Source of the DNA: Gammaproteobacteria bacterium
Lineage (GTDB): Bacteria; Pseudomonadota; Gammaproteobacteria; Ga0077536
Assembly (NCBI GenBank): GCA_965278995.1
Contig: OZ257136.1
Span: forward strand, 1,777,458-1,841,457
DNA length: 64,000 nt
Direction of reading: 5' to 3'
A model generated the notes under the pieces. It was not told where the DNA came from and searched no databases. It saw nothing but the letters and a program-made list of their open reading frames with translations. Position numbers and translations under genes: made by a program. Of the stretch, positions 20,464 to 28,903 are shown in pieces. Position 1 is the stretch's first letter. Each line of letters starts with the position of its first letter.

Positions 20464-21429
20464 TCAATAGGCGGCTTCGTTCACCCATGTCGGTTCGCTG
20501 AGCGCGTAAAGCTGCTCGCGCAGTTCGAGGATATGACGTTCCCAGTAAGCCTGTGAGTTGAACCACGGGAATGCGAGCGGAAATGCCGGGTCGTCCCAGC
20601 GCCGCGCCAACCAGGCCGCGTATTGCAGCATACGCAAGGTTCGCAGCGGTTCAACCAGCGCAAGTTCGCGATAGTCGAAATCGGCAAACTCGTGATAACC
20701 CTCGAAGATGGCAGCGAGCTGGCTACGCTGCTCCTCGCTATCGCCGGACAACAGCATCCAGATGTCCTGTACCGCTGGCGCCATGCGCGCATCGTCGAAA
20801 TCGACGAAATGCGGAAGGTCGTCCCGCCACAGCAGATTGCCGGCATGGCAGTCGCCGTGCACACGCCGATAGCGCACGCTCTCGGCCTGGCGGAAACGAT
20901 CGGCACACAGCGCCAGTACATCGCGGGTCAGACTCGTATAAGCGGGATGCAGATCCGCCGGTAACGCGTGAGCCAGTACGTAAGCCACACTGTCGGTACC
21001 AAAGCTCGACACATCGATGGCCGGGCGGTGAACGAACGGTGAGGCCTGCCCGACCGTGTGCATACGTGCAAGACAGCGCCCGAGTACGCGCAGATTGTCG
21101 CGATCATCCAGCTCCGGTGCGCGGCCGCCACGACGCGGGAACAGCGCAATGCGGAAATCCTCGTACACGATCAGACTCACACGTGGATGTTCGCCGAGCG
21201 GCGCCACCACTGGCAGACCATGCCGCAGCAGTTCGAAACAGAAGGCGTGTTCCTCGCGCAGTTCGGCGTCGTTCCAGCGGCCCGGCCGATAGAACTTCGC
21301 AATCAGTGGCTCATGCTCCTCGATGCCGACCTGATAGACGCGATTCTCATAACTGTTCAGTGCCAGCAGGCGGCCATCGGTGACATAGCCGCGGCTCTCC
21401 ACCGCAGCGAGGATGAAATCAGGCGTCAA
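20464..21429 (-). CDS. srkA: Stress-response serine/threonine kinase SrkA (YihE/RdoA)
   Basis: Motifs LALNSYENRVYQV and HGDCHAGNLLW and the APH-like fold fit SrkA. The start codon is TTG. Confidence 0.88.
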   Translation of the reverse strand: MTPDFILAAVESRGYVTDGRLLALNSYENRVYQVGIEEHEPLIAKFYRPGRWNDAELREEHAFCFELLRHGLPVVAPLGEHPRVSLIVYEDFRIALFPRRGGRAPELDDRDNLRVLGRCLARMHTVGQASPFVHRPAIDVSSFGTDSVAYVLAHALPADLHPAYTSLTRDVLALCADRFRQAESVRYRRVHGDCHAGNLLWRDDLPHFVDFDDARMAPAVQDIWMLLSGDSEEQRSQLAAIFEGYHEFADFDYRELALVEPLRTLRMLQYAAWLARRWDDPAFPLAFPWFNSQAYWERHILELREQLYALSEPTWVNEAAY

Positions 21430-21458
21430 CCGTGCATAAGGATGCGCTTCGATGGTGT

Positions 21459-22304
21459 TCAGTGCCGCAGTTTTTCGGCCATCGCCGCAATCTGATCGAG
21501 TACTGGCAGCACTGCGTCACGCGAATCCGATGGCAGCGCGAACACCAGTTCGCTATAGCCGAGGGCCACTTGTGCGCGCAGTGCCGATTCGTCGAGCGGC
21601 GCATAAAACAACGCCAGCGTGATGTCTTCGAAACGTCGCCCGCGTTTGGCGCAGGCTTCGCGCAATTGATCGATGGTTGCGCCACCAGCACGGCCGCCTA
21701 TCGGAAGCCAGCCATCTGCGTACTCGGCAACCCGATCGACCACGTACTTCGAATTGGCGCCGAGCCATATCGGTGGGCCGCCTGCCTGGACGGGCTTGGG
21801 GTAGGACCACAGCTTGTCGAAGTTGACGAACTCGCCGTGAAATTCCGGCTCGTCCTCGGACCAGATGGTCTTCATCGCCAGCACACGTTCACGCAGGACC
21901 CGCCAGCGATTTTCGAACGCGACGCCGTGATTCTCGACTTCCGGTTGGTTCCAGCCGGCGCCGATACCGAAAGTGAAACGCCCGTTCGACAATCGATCGA
22001 CAGTCGCGACTTCCTTGGCCAGCGTAATCGGGTGACGCTGGGAGACCAGACAGATGCCGGTACCGAGCCGAATGCGCTCAGTCACCGCGGCGGCGGCACC
22101 GAGTACGACGAACGGGTCATGCGTCCGCTTATAGGGCTCGGGCAGCACGCCTCCCGGCAGAAACGGCGAAACCGACGTCAATGGAATATGCGTGTGCTCG
22201 GGCACGAACAGCGAATCGAGTCCGCGCTCCTCGACCGCGCGCGCCAGCGCCGTCGGTTGGATCGACTGATCGGTCGCGAAAATAATGACGCCGCAATTCA
22301 CCAT
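21459..22304 (-). CDS. LLM-class oxidoreductase (F420-dependent-type subfamily by motif)
   Basis: I used the internal ATG at 22304. Motifs FVPEHTHIP and GIGAGWNQPE are present. Confidence 0.8.
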   Translation of the reverse strand: MVNCGVIIFATDQSIQPTALARAVEERGLDSLFVPEHTHIPLTSVSPFLPGGVLPEPYKRTHDPFVVLGAAAAVTERIRLGTGICLVSQRHPITLAKEVATVDRLSNGRFTFGIGAGWNQPEVENHGVAFENRWRVLRERVLAMKTIWSEDEPEFHGEFVNFDKLWSYPKPVQAGGPPIWLGANSKYVVDRVAEYADGWLPIGGRAGGATIDQLREACAKRGRRFEDITLALFYAPLDESALRAQVALGYSELVFALPSDSRDAVLPVLDQIAAMAEKLRH

Positions 22305-22455
22305 GGACCAGCCGCTCACTACAAGTTCATGGGGGGATCCTAATGCATGGCTTCGGTCCCGCCTACCTCGTTCGACGAGCGCGACGCATTTCACCGATAA
22401 TCAGCGCTTGCGGTCGCCAGACGGCCCTACTCTCAACTGCGCAGGAGCAGCCACG

Positions 22456-23637
22456 ATGCAGCGATCAGTCAATGTCATCGGTGTCGGTATGACAGCGTTC
22501 AAGACGCCGAAACATGCCGAACCTTATACCGTCATGGGCGGCGCAGCCGGGCGCCTGGCTCTGACCGATGCCGGCGTCGACTATCGAGATATCGAACAGG
22601 CCTATGTCGGCTACGTCTACGGCGATAGCACCGCCGGCCAGCGTGTGATCTACGACATCGGTATGTCCGGTATTCCGGTCTTCAACGTCAACAACAACTG
22701 CGCGACGGGTTCCAGCGCGCTCTTTCTCGCCCGTCAGGCGGTCGAATCCGGCATGGTCGAATGCGCGCTGGCGCTCGGCTTCGAAACGATGAGCCCGGGC
22801 GCACTCGGCTACATCTTCCCGGACCGGCCCGCACCGCTCGAGAAATTTACCGACGTCGCGAAACGGAAATACGGCGACAGCCAGGTGCCGATGGCGCCGC
22901 TGCTGTTCGGCGGCGCCGGGCGCGAGTACATGGAGAAGTACGGCGCCAAAGCGGAGACATTCGCGCGTATCACGGTCAAAGCACGTCGCCACGCGCAGCA
23001 CAATCCGAATGCCGTATTCCGTGAGCTGCTATCGCTCGAAGAAGTCATGGCAAGCGCAAGCGTGTGCGATCCGGTTACACGGTTCCAGTGCTGCCCGCCG
23101 ACCTGCGGCGCTGCTGCCGCAGTGCTATGTTCCGACGATTTCGTGCGTCGTCATGGCCTCAAAACGCAGGTGCGTATCGCGGCCCAGGCAATGACCACCG
23201 ATACCGCTTCGACCTTCGGCGACAGTCTTATCAGCACGGTCGGTTATGACATGTCGCGCGCCGCAGCGCTCAAGGTCTACGAGGATGCCGGCATTGGTCC
23301 GGAAGACGTCAAGGTCATCGAACTGCACGATTGCTTCAGCACCAACGAAGTGCTGAATTACGAAGCGCTCGGGCTGACAGCGCCGGGCACGGCCGAGCGC
23401 ATGATCGAAGACGGCGACAATACCTACGGCGGCAAGTATGTCGTCAATCCGTCTGGTGGATTGATCTCGAAAGGCCATCCGCTGGGCGCCACCGGGCTGG
23501 CACAGTGCGCGGAGTTGACCTGGCAGTTGCGCGATCAGGCGGGCGCGCGACAGGTCGACGGTGCAATGATTGCACTCCAACACAATATCGGTCTCGGCGG
23601 CTGCTGTGTGGTGACGCTCTACGAGCGTGTCGCCTGA
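22456..23637 (+). CDS. SCP2-type thiolase / lipid-transfer protein
   Basis: ATG 22456 follows GGAG. Motifs VIGVGMTAFK, NVNNNCATGSSAL (active-site Cys) and GHPLGATG fit this family. Confidence 0.88.
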   Translation: MQRSVNVIGVGMTAFKTPKHAEPYTVMGGAAGRLALTDAGVDYRDIEQAYVGYVYGDSTAGQRVIYDIGMSGIPVFNVNNNCATGSSALFLARQAVESGMVECALALGFETMSPGALGYIFPDRPAPLEKFTDVAKRKYGDSQVPMAPLLFGGAGREYMEKYGAKAETFARITVKARRHAQHNPNAVFRELLSLEEVMASASVCDPVTRFQCCPPTCGAAAAVLCSDDFVRRHGLKTQVRIAAQAMTTDTASTFGDSLISTVGYDMSRAAALKVYEDAGIGPEDVKVIELHDCFSTNEVLNYEALGLTAPGTAERMIEDGDNTYGGKYVVNPSGGLISKGHPLGATGLAQCAELTWQLRDQAGARQVDGAMIALQHNIGLGGCCVVTLYERVA

Positions 23638-24157
23638 GTCGGTGTTGCGTAACGATACCGTGGGGCGAGTCGCGGCAACCTGGGGAATGGCCGGGTTCAG
23701 TGCCCTGTTGTTGTTCGCGATCGTGCGTTTGACGGTTATCGCACGCGCCGGATTCGAACTGCCGTGGCAGCCGTTGCACTGGGTCGCGCTGGCGTTGAGC
23801 GTCACCGGTATGGCTTATTTCGAGGGTTACCGTGCTTTTCAGCGCTCCTATGCACCGCGGTTCGCCGCGCGTGCCGCCGTCCTGCTGCGCGAACCGACGG
23901 TTGTCCGTCTGGCACTGGCGCCTTTGTTCTGCATGAGTTTTTTTGATGCACCCCGCCGCCGCGTCATTGCTGCCGCCGTGCTGACCTCGGGCATCGTTGC
24001 GCTGATACTCACCATTCGTACGCTGCCACAGCCGTGGCGGGGGATCATTGACGCCGGGGTCGTCACAGGGCTGGTGTGGGGCCTGGTCGTAACCCTGTTC
24101 GCGGTCGGTCGCGTGCTGGCCGGCCAGCGGCCGGCAGTGGACCCGGACATCGCCTGA
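23627..24157 (+). CDS. Uncharacterised 4-TM membrane protein, paralogue 1
   Basis: The GTG start overlaps the end of the thiolase gene by 11 nt. I estimate roughly 45-50% identity by eye to the product of 31714-32262, with shared motifs MAYxEGYRxFQ, APRRR and LPQPWRGIxDAGV. Confidence 0.7.
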   Translation: MSPESVLRNDTVGRVAATWGMAGFSALLLFAIVRLTVIARAGFELPWQPLHWVALALSVTGMAYFEGYRAFQRSYAPRFAARAAVLLREPTVVRLALAPLFCMSFFDAPRRRVIAAAVLTSGIVALILTIRTLPQPWRGIIDAGVVTGLVWGLVVTLFAVGRVLAGQRPAVDPDIA

Positions 24158-24229
24158 TCGGTGCAGTCCGCTGCGCTGGCCGCGCATCGGTCGGGCGTTA
24201 TCAGTTTATGCCTGACGGGTTTTGATATT

Positions 24230-24248
24230 ATTAATGATAATCGTTATC
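24230..24248. promoter_or_regulatory. Fur box
   Basis: ATTAATGATAATCGTTATC matches 16/19 positions of GATAATGATAATCATTATC. It lies in an AT-rich island about 35 nt upstream of ATG 24281. Confidence 0.8.
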
Positions 24249-24280
24249 ATTATTATTCATTACCTAGTTGGAGCATTCCC

Positions 24281-24943
24281 ATGCGTACTCTGATCTCGAG
24301 CCTGCTCGCCATTCTCCCCACGCTCGCTGCACCGCTGGCCGTCGCCGACGTCGTCGGTGTTCAACTTCCGCTGGATTGGACCCGCGGCGATTCTGGCACT
24401 GCCTTCGCCGAGTTCGATAGTTTTGCCGGTTTTGTCGGTGGTATCGGTCAGGTCGCAGCGACGGCACAGGCGGGTTTCACCTCTGCACAGCTGGCGCAAA
24501 GCGGCAGCATCGTCACGCCCGGCGGTGTGACCGCCGGTGGCGACCGACTCTACGTGCATAGCTATAGCAGCAGCTGGTCGCTGACCGGCACGGTCGGCTT
24601 CGACATCACGCGCGCCATCCTGCAGGTCAAAGAAAGCACGGGCTCGGGTACGCTCGCTTATACGGCGACCCTGGCTGGCTTCGCGCCGTCCAGCGTATCG
24701 GTGTACTCCGATGGCGGCAGTACCCCGGATTCCATCACCCGCTATGTGTGGGATTTGAGCAGCATCGGAGCTGTCCTCACCAATCCGGCCATCAACCTGA
24801 GCGGCCCGGGCTTCACGTTTATCTCGTTTGACTCGTTCAGTCTGGATCTGGCCAGCGCCGCACCGGTACCGCTGCCTGCAGCTGCCTGGCTGCTCGGCGG
24901 AGGTCTCGCAGTCCTGAACGCGCGACGCCGTCGTAGCGCCTGA
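24281..24943 (+). CDS. Exported protein with VPLPA-CTERM-type sorting signal (family member A)
   Basis: ATG 24281 follows TTGGAG. The signal peptide is ...APLAVA/DV and the C-terminus is APVPLPAAAWLLGGGLAVLNARRRRSA. It shares blocks DWTRGxxG...AEFDxF and others with the genes at 27402 and 39112. Confidence 0.8.
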   Translation: MRTLISSLLAILPTLAAPLAVADVVGVQLPLDWTRGDSGTAFAEFDSFAGFVGGIGQVAATAQAGFTSAQLAQSGSIVTPGGVTAGGDRLYVHSYSSSWSLTGTVGFDITRAILQVKESTGSGTLAYTATLAGFAPSSVSVYSDGGSTPDSITRYVWDLSSIGAVLTNPAINLSGPGFTFISFDSFSLDLASAAPVPLPAAAWLLGGGLAVLNARRRRSA

Positions 24944-25026
24944 CAGCGCGCGCCAGCGGCCAGCGCTCCGAGCCCATCACACGCAATGGGCTTGGTTTGC
25001 GGAAGGCATGCTGTCGCGAAATCCTG

Positions 25027-27414
25027 ATGCTTGCGAGTTCCAACCGTCCGCCTGCCGCCGCGGCATGGCTGGCTGTGCTGTGGGTCGTCCTGTCCCCGGC
25101 GCATGCCGCGGATGAAATCGTCATCACCGGTCAACGCGAACGACCGCTCGTCATCGATCTCGAGCCGACGGCCTCTGCCTCGCGAGTCGACCTGGCGGCA
25201 TTGAAACGCGCTCAGGCCGGCGACGTGTTCGATGCCGTCCGCGATATGCCCGGCGTCAGCATCGAAGGCGGTCCGCGCACCAGCGGTAAGTCGTTCAGCA
25301 TCCGCGGTTTCTCCAGCAACGAAGATGTGATGGTCCAGATCGACGGCGTCACGCAAAATTTCGAGAAATATCGCTACGGTTCAGGCGTCGACATCGATCC
25401 CGAACTGCTCAAGACGATCACTGTATATCGCGGTGGTGCGGCGACCACACAGGGCTCAGGTTATATCGGCGGCGTCGTGCAGATGGAGACCAAGGACGCC
25501 TCGGATATGCTGGAACCCGACGAACGTTACGGCTTTCAAGCCAAGGCTGGCTACCAGACCAATAACGATGGCGCGCTGTATTCGGCGACCGGTTATGGCC
25601 GGCCGCTCGATTTCCTCGAGACCCTGTTCAATGTCACCAAGCGCCATACCAATGAATTCGAACTGCCTGACGGCACCCGTTTCCAGGACTCGGCCGAAGG
25701 GCAACTGAGCGGACTCGGCAAGCTGGTCCTGCGCACCGACGAAATTCGCGTGTCCGCCGTACAGCGCTATGGTGAAGACAGTGGTCTCGAACCTTTCGAT
25801 ATCACCGGCGGCGTGAGCGGGGTCGGCGGCAATGTCCGTCGTAGTACGACTGAAAAAGCCACGTCGCTTCGCCTGCAGTGGGATCCGGCTAGCACGCTGC
25901 TCAATATCGATAGCACGCTCGGCTTCATCGACAAAAACGTCACGGACGAAGGCAGCGCTATTGCTGGCGTCGATGCCGATGGACAACCTATAGGTACTGA
26001 TTTCTTCGACTATCAGATCTGGACCCTGAACACCGGTAATACCTGGGCCTTCGACATTTTCGGTGTGCATCAGATCCTGCAGACCGGCGTACAGGGCAAT
26101 CGCGAGCGCCGCGAGGCGGTGCGGCAGAATCTGCAAGGCATCGGATTTAATCCGTCACAGCCCTCGGGCGAGAAAGAGTCTCACGCAATTTATGCCGAGC
26201 ACACGGTGGAATGGCACGGTGCGCGTGCGACCGGCGGCATACGCCGCGATTGGATCACGGTAGCGCCGGGTCACGACACGCGCGCCCTGCTGACCGCCCG
26301 TGGGCTGGACGAAACGATTGGCTTCGCGCGCAATTCGCCGAGCTTCGGCTTGAATTACGGCTATGCACCGCTCGATGTGTTTTATCGCTGGAGCAAAACT
26401 TTCCGCGCACCGCTGCTCGATGAATACTTCGCGCGCGGAACGTTCAGTTCCTGTTTCGAATTCTCGGCCTTTACGCGCAACCCTGTACCACCCAGTCTGA
26501 ATCTGCCGCAGGCGCCGGTATCTCCGGACATCAACGACTTCGCCGATATTTTCGCCTATCTCGCTGCGCTTACACAGTACAACTCAGTCGATCTGCCGGC
26601 TTATCTCGCCGCGCTCACCACCACAATCGATAATTTCAATGTTGCTTTCTCCGCTTACCAGACTGCGCAGGCGGCATTTCTGAATGACCCGGCTGGCGAA
26701 CACAATGCGTTCTGTGGGGAGGCTTACGAGCCCGAGCGGGCAATTACGCGCGAGGCCGGCTTCGCACTCACGTTTGCCGATGTGCTGGCTGCCGACGACA
26801 GCCTGCTGCTCAAGTTGACCTATTACGACATCCGCGTCAGCAAGCTGCTGGAATCGATCTATGAGAATGCAATCACCCATGAGATCAGTCAGCCGGGCAA
26901 CGAAGTGCGCAAAGGCTTCGAAGTCGAACTGCATTACGCCGAAGAACGCTGGTTCGCCGATTTTGCCCTGACCACGCTGGGCGGTTACTTCCAGTACAAC
27001 TTCTTCGCCGACAACATCGACGCGAGCGTAGCCGCACTCGGCAACCCCGGCACCACGCCACTGTTCAATCAGCCGGCCAACAGTTTGAGTTTTACTTTCG
27101 GCGTACGTCCGGGCTGGAATGTCGAACTGGGCCACCGGCTGCGTGCGATAGACACCCGAGCAGTCACAGTCGGCATCATTCCGAATTGCCCCGGTGGTCT
27201 GTTCACCAATCCGGTGTGCAACATCATCGGCCGGCAGAGCGGCTACATCACCTCGAATTTCTTCGCTGCGTGGCAGCCTGCGCCGGCACTCGATCTGCGT
27301 CTGACGATCGATAACGCTCTGAACAAGCAATTTGAACTGGCGGGTTTCGGCGGGGCGCTCGGTGCCACGGCACCCGGCCGCGATGTCCGGTTGAGCGTCA
27401 GCTATCGATTCTGA
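25027..27414 (+). CDS. TonB-dependent receptor, heme/hemoglobin-receptor-like
   Basis: It has a signal peptide, a TonB-box-like DEIVITG, a plug region (FSIRGF, VQIDGV, ITVYRGG), TKDASDML, a FRAP motif and a terminal aromatic residue (SVSYRF). It is adjacent to hutZ-hmuTUV. Confidence 0.88.
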   Translation: MLASSNRPPAAAAWLAVLWVVLSPAHAADEIVITGQRERPLVIDLEPTASASRVDLAALKRAQAGDVFDAVRDMPGVSIEGGPRTSGKSFSIRGFSSNEDVMVQIDGVTQNFEKYRYGSGVDIDPELLKTITVYRGGAATTQGSGYIGGVVQMETKDASDMLEPDERYGFQAKAGYQTNNDGALYSATGYGRPLDFLETLFNVTKRHTNEFELPDGTRFQDSAEGQLSGLGKLVLRTDEIRVSAVQRYGEDSGLEPFDITGGVSGVGGNVRRSTTEKATSLRLQWDPASTLLNIDSTLGFIDKNVTDEGSAIAGVDADGQPIGTDFFDYQIWTLNTGNTWAFDIFGVHQILQTGVQGNRERREAVRQNLQGIGFNPSQPSGEKESHAIYAEHTVEWHGARATGGIRRDWITVAPGHDTRALLTARGLDETIGFARNSPSFGLNYGYAPLDVFYRWSKTFRAPLLDEYFARGTFSSCFEFSAFTRNPVPPSLNLPQAPVSPDINDFADIFAYLAALTQYNSVDLPAYLAALTTTIDNFNVAFSAYQTAQAAFLNDPAGEHNAFCGEAYEPERAITREAGFALTFADVLAADDSLLLKLTYYDIRVSKLLESIYENAITHEISQPGNEVRKGFEVELHYAEERWFADFALTTLGGYFQYNFFADNIDASVAALGNPGTTPLFNQPANSLSFTFGVRPGWNVELGHRLRAIDTRAVTVGIIPNCPGGLFTNPVCNIIGRQSGYITSNFFAAWQPAPALDLRLTIDNALNKQFELAGFGGALGATAPGRDVRLSVSYRF

Positions 27415-28244
27415 GCGGGCTCGCGCCCGGACGATGAGACGAACCAGGCACGGCGCGCCTGTCGTTCGAGGGCGCGGCGACCCGACAATGCCATCAGCGC
27501 CGCACCGAGCATCAGCATCGGTGCCGGCAGCGGTATCGGCGTGGTCGGCGGCGGCTCCACCGGCGGAACGACAATGGTTGCTGGCCCGATATCGACTGCA
27601 ACTGCTTCCAGACTGAGACTGGTCGACACGGCAGCGAAATCGAACGTGTAGACCGAGGATGCGGCATTCAGATGCCACAGATAGAGATATTCATTGTCGA
27701 CGCCGGTACCTTCCCCGCCTGGACCCGAGGCGGAACCCTCATGCAGTACGATCTTTGAACTGAACGTCTGGCCGAGCAGTTTGACCGACGTGTCATCCAG
27801 GTCCGAACCAAGTACGGCCACCTGCAGCGCGACCGTAATCGGGTGTGTACCGAGCGCGGTATGCGCAGCAGTCGGCTGCACGATCAGATCGAAATCGAGG
27901 ATGTCGGAAAAACTATAGATATTGGCACTGCCGGTGATGAACGCGGCCGGTGCCGCAGTCGACCCTTTTTTTTTGGTGAGCAGAATCGCGCCGTTAGTGA
28001 GAGTCCCGAAATTACCCTTGTCGGGCGTGGTATCGGGCAGCACCGGAGCGGTACCTAAAGGCGGTGGATTGCCGAACGCGTCGTAGTGCACATACACACT
28101 GCCGGCGGTGCCCCGATTCCAATCGCCCCACGCCGCCGGACCCGGATCTTGAAAGGCGACAGTCACAGCCAGCGCCGTTACGGGTAGGCCCAAAGCGCCG
28201 ACCGTTGCGCCCAGGAAAGCGCCAGTAGTAGTCCGTCGTGACAT
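27402..28244 (-). CDS. Exported protein with VPLPA-CTERM-like signal (family member B)
   Basis: ATG 28244 follows GAGG; the ORF-track start is a TTG inside the Fur-like box. It has an RR-containing signal peptide and the C-terminus TPIPLPAPMLMLGAALMALSGRR. It is paralogous to members A and C (DWNRGTAG...YDAFG, GSANIYSFS, AVDIGPA). Confidence 0.78.
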   Translation of the reverse strand: MSRRTTTGAFLGATVGALGLPVTALAVTVAFQDPGPAAWGDWNRGTAGSVYVHYDAFGNPPPLGTAPVLPDTTPDKGNFGTLTNGAILLTKKKGSTAAPAAFITGSANIYSFSDILDFDLIVQPTAAHTALGTHPITVALQVAVLGSDLDDTSVKLLGQTFSSKIVLHEGSASGPGGEGTGVDNEYLYLWHLNAASSVYTFDFAAVSTSLSLEAVAVDIGPATIVVPPVEPPPTTPIPLPAPMLMLGAALMALSGRRALERQARRAWFVSSSGREPAQNR

Positions 28245-28278
28245 GCCCGCAGCCTCGGTTGTTCTATGCAAGCTCTAT

Positions 28279-28297
28279 AATAATACGAATCGTTCTC
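28279..28297. promoter_or_regulatory. Fur-box-like operator in a divergent promoter region
   Basis: AATAATACGAATCGTTCTC matches 13/19 of the Fur consensus. The flanks (AATCGTTxTCA...TATTATTATT) resemble the 24230 box region. It lies between member B (-) and hutZ (+). Confidence 0.5.
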
Positions 28298-28384
28298 ACT
28301 ACTAGTATTATTATTGAAGGGAATTTACCATACGCGCAACCGCGCTGGCGGACAGAACCATCGATTTTCAGCAGGAGTAATGGC

Positions 28385-28903
28385 ATGAGTGCGCTTCCGG
28401 CAGATCTGGACACGGTAGGTCACGAGGCACGCACGTTTCGCGATCGCTTCCTGACCTTGCAACTGGCCACCTGCTCGAACGACGGTGTACCGACAGCCAG
28501 CTATGCGCCTTATGCGCTCAGCGCGGCGGATACGTTCTACATCTACGTAAGCGAACTTGCTGCGCACACGCCCAATCTGCACGCTGGCCGCCCGCTCAGC
28601 GCGCTGTTCATCGAATCGGAAGCAGACGCCGAACACGTCTTTGCGCGCAGACGGCTGACCTGCCGTTGTGAAGTCGAATCGCTGCCGCGAGGGGATGACC
28701 GCTTCGATGCCGCACTCGACGCGCTGCGTGAACGTTTCGGCCCGTTCATGGATCATTTGCGGACATTCCAGGACTTCCATGCGTTTGCCTTGATTCCGCG
28801 CCACGCGATTTACGTGCGCGGCTTTGCGCAGGCGTATGAACTGCCGGATGCGGATTTCAATGCCATCCGCCATCAGAACGAACAAGGCCATCGCAATGCG
28901 TGA
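28385..28903 (+). CDS. hutZ: Heme utilisation / heme-degrading protein HutZ (PNPOx-like fold)
   Basis: ATG 28385 follows AGGAG. Blocks TLQLATCSNDGVPTASYAPY, FARRRLT, RFGPFMDHLRTFQDFHAF, YVRGFAQAYEL and NEQGHRNA parallel Vibrio HutZ. Confidence 0.85.
   Translation: MSALPADLDTVGHEARTFRDRFLTLQLATCSNDGVPTASYAPYALSAADTFYIYVSELAAHTPNLHAGRPLSALFIESEADAEHVFARRRLTCRCEVESLPRGDDRFDAALDALRERFGPFMDHLRTFQDFHAFALIPRHAIYVRGFAQAYELPDADFNAIRHQNEQGHRNA

Noticed and set aside
21459-22304. Literal F420 dependence of the two 'F420-type' LLM oxidoreductases (also 60607-61470)
   Set aside because: The motif similarity is only to a subfamily name. No F420 biosynthesis genes are in the window and proteobacterial members may use FMN, so I make no cofactor claim.
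24161-24280. N-terminal extension of the gene A ORF
   Set aside because: It would translate through the AT-rich Fur box. ATG 24281, preceded by TTGGAG, gives a canonical signal peptide.
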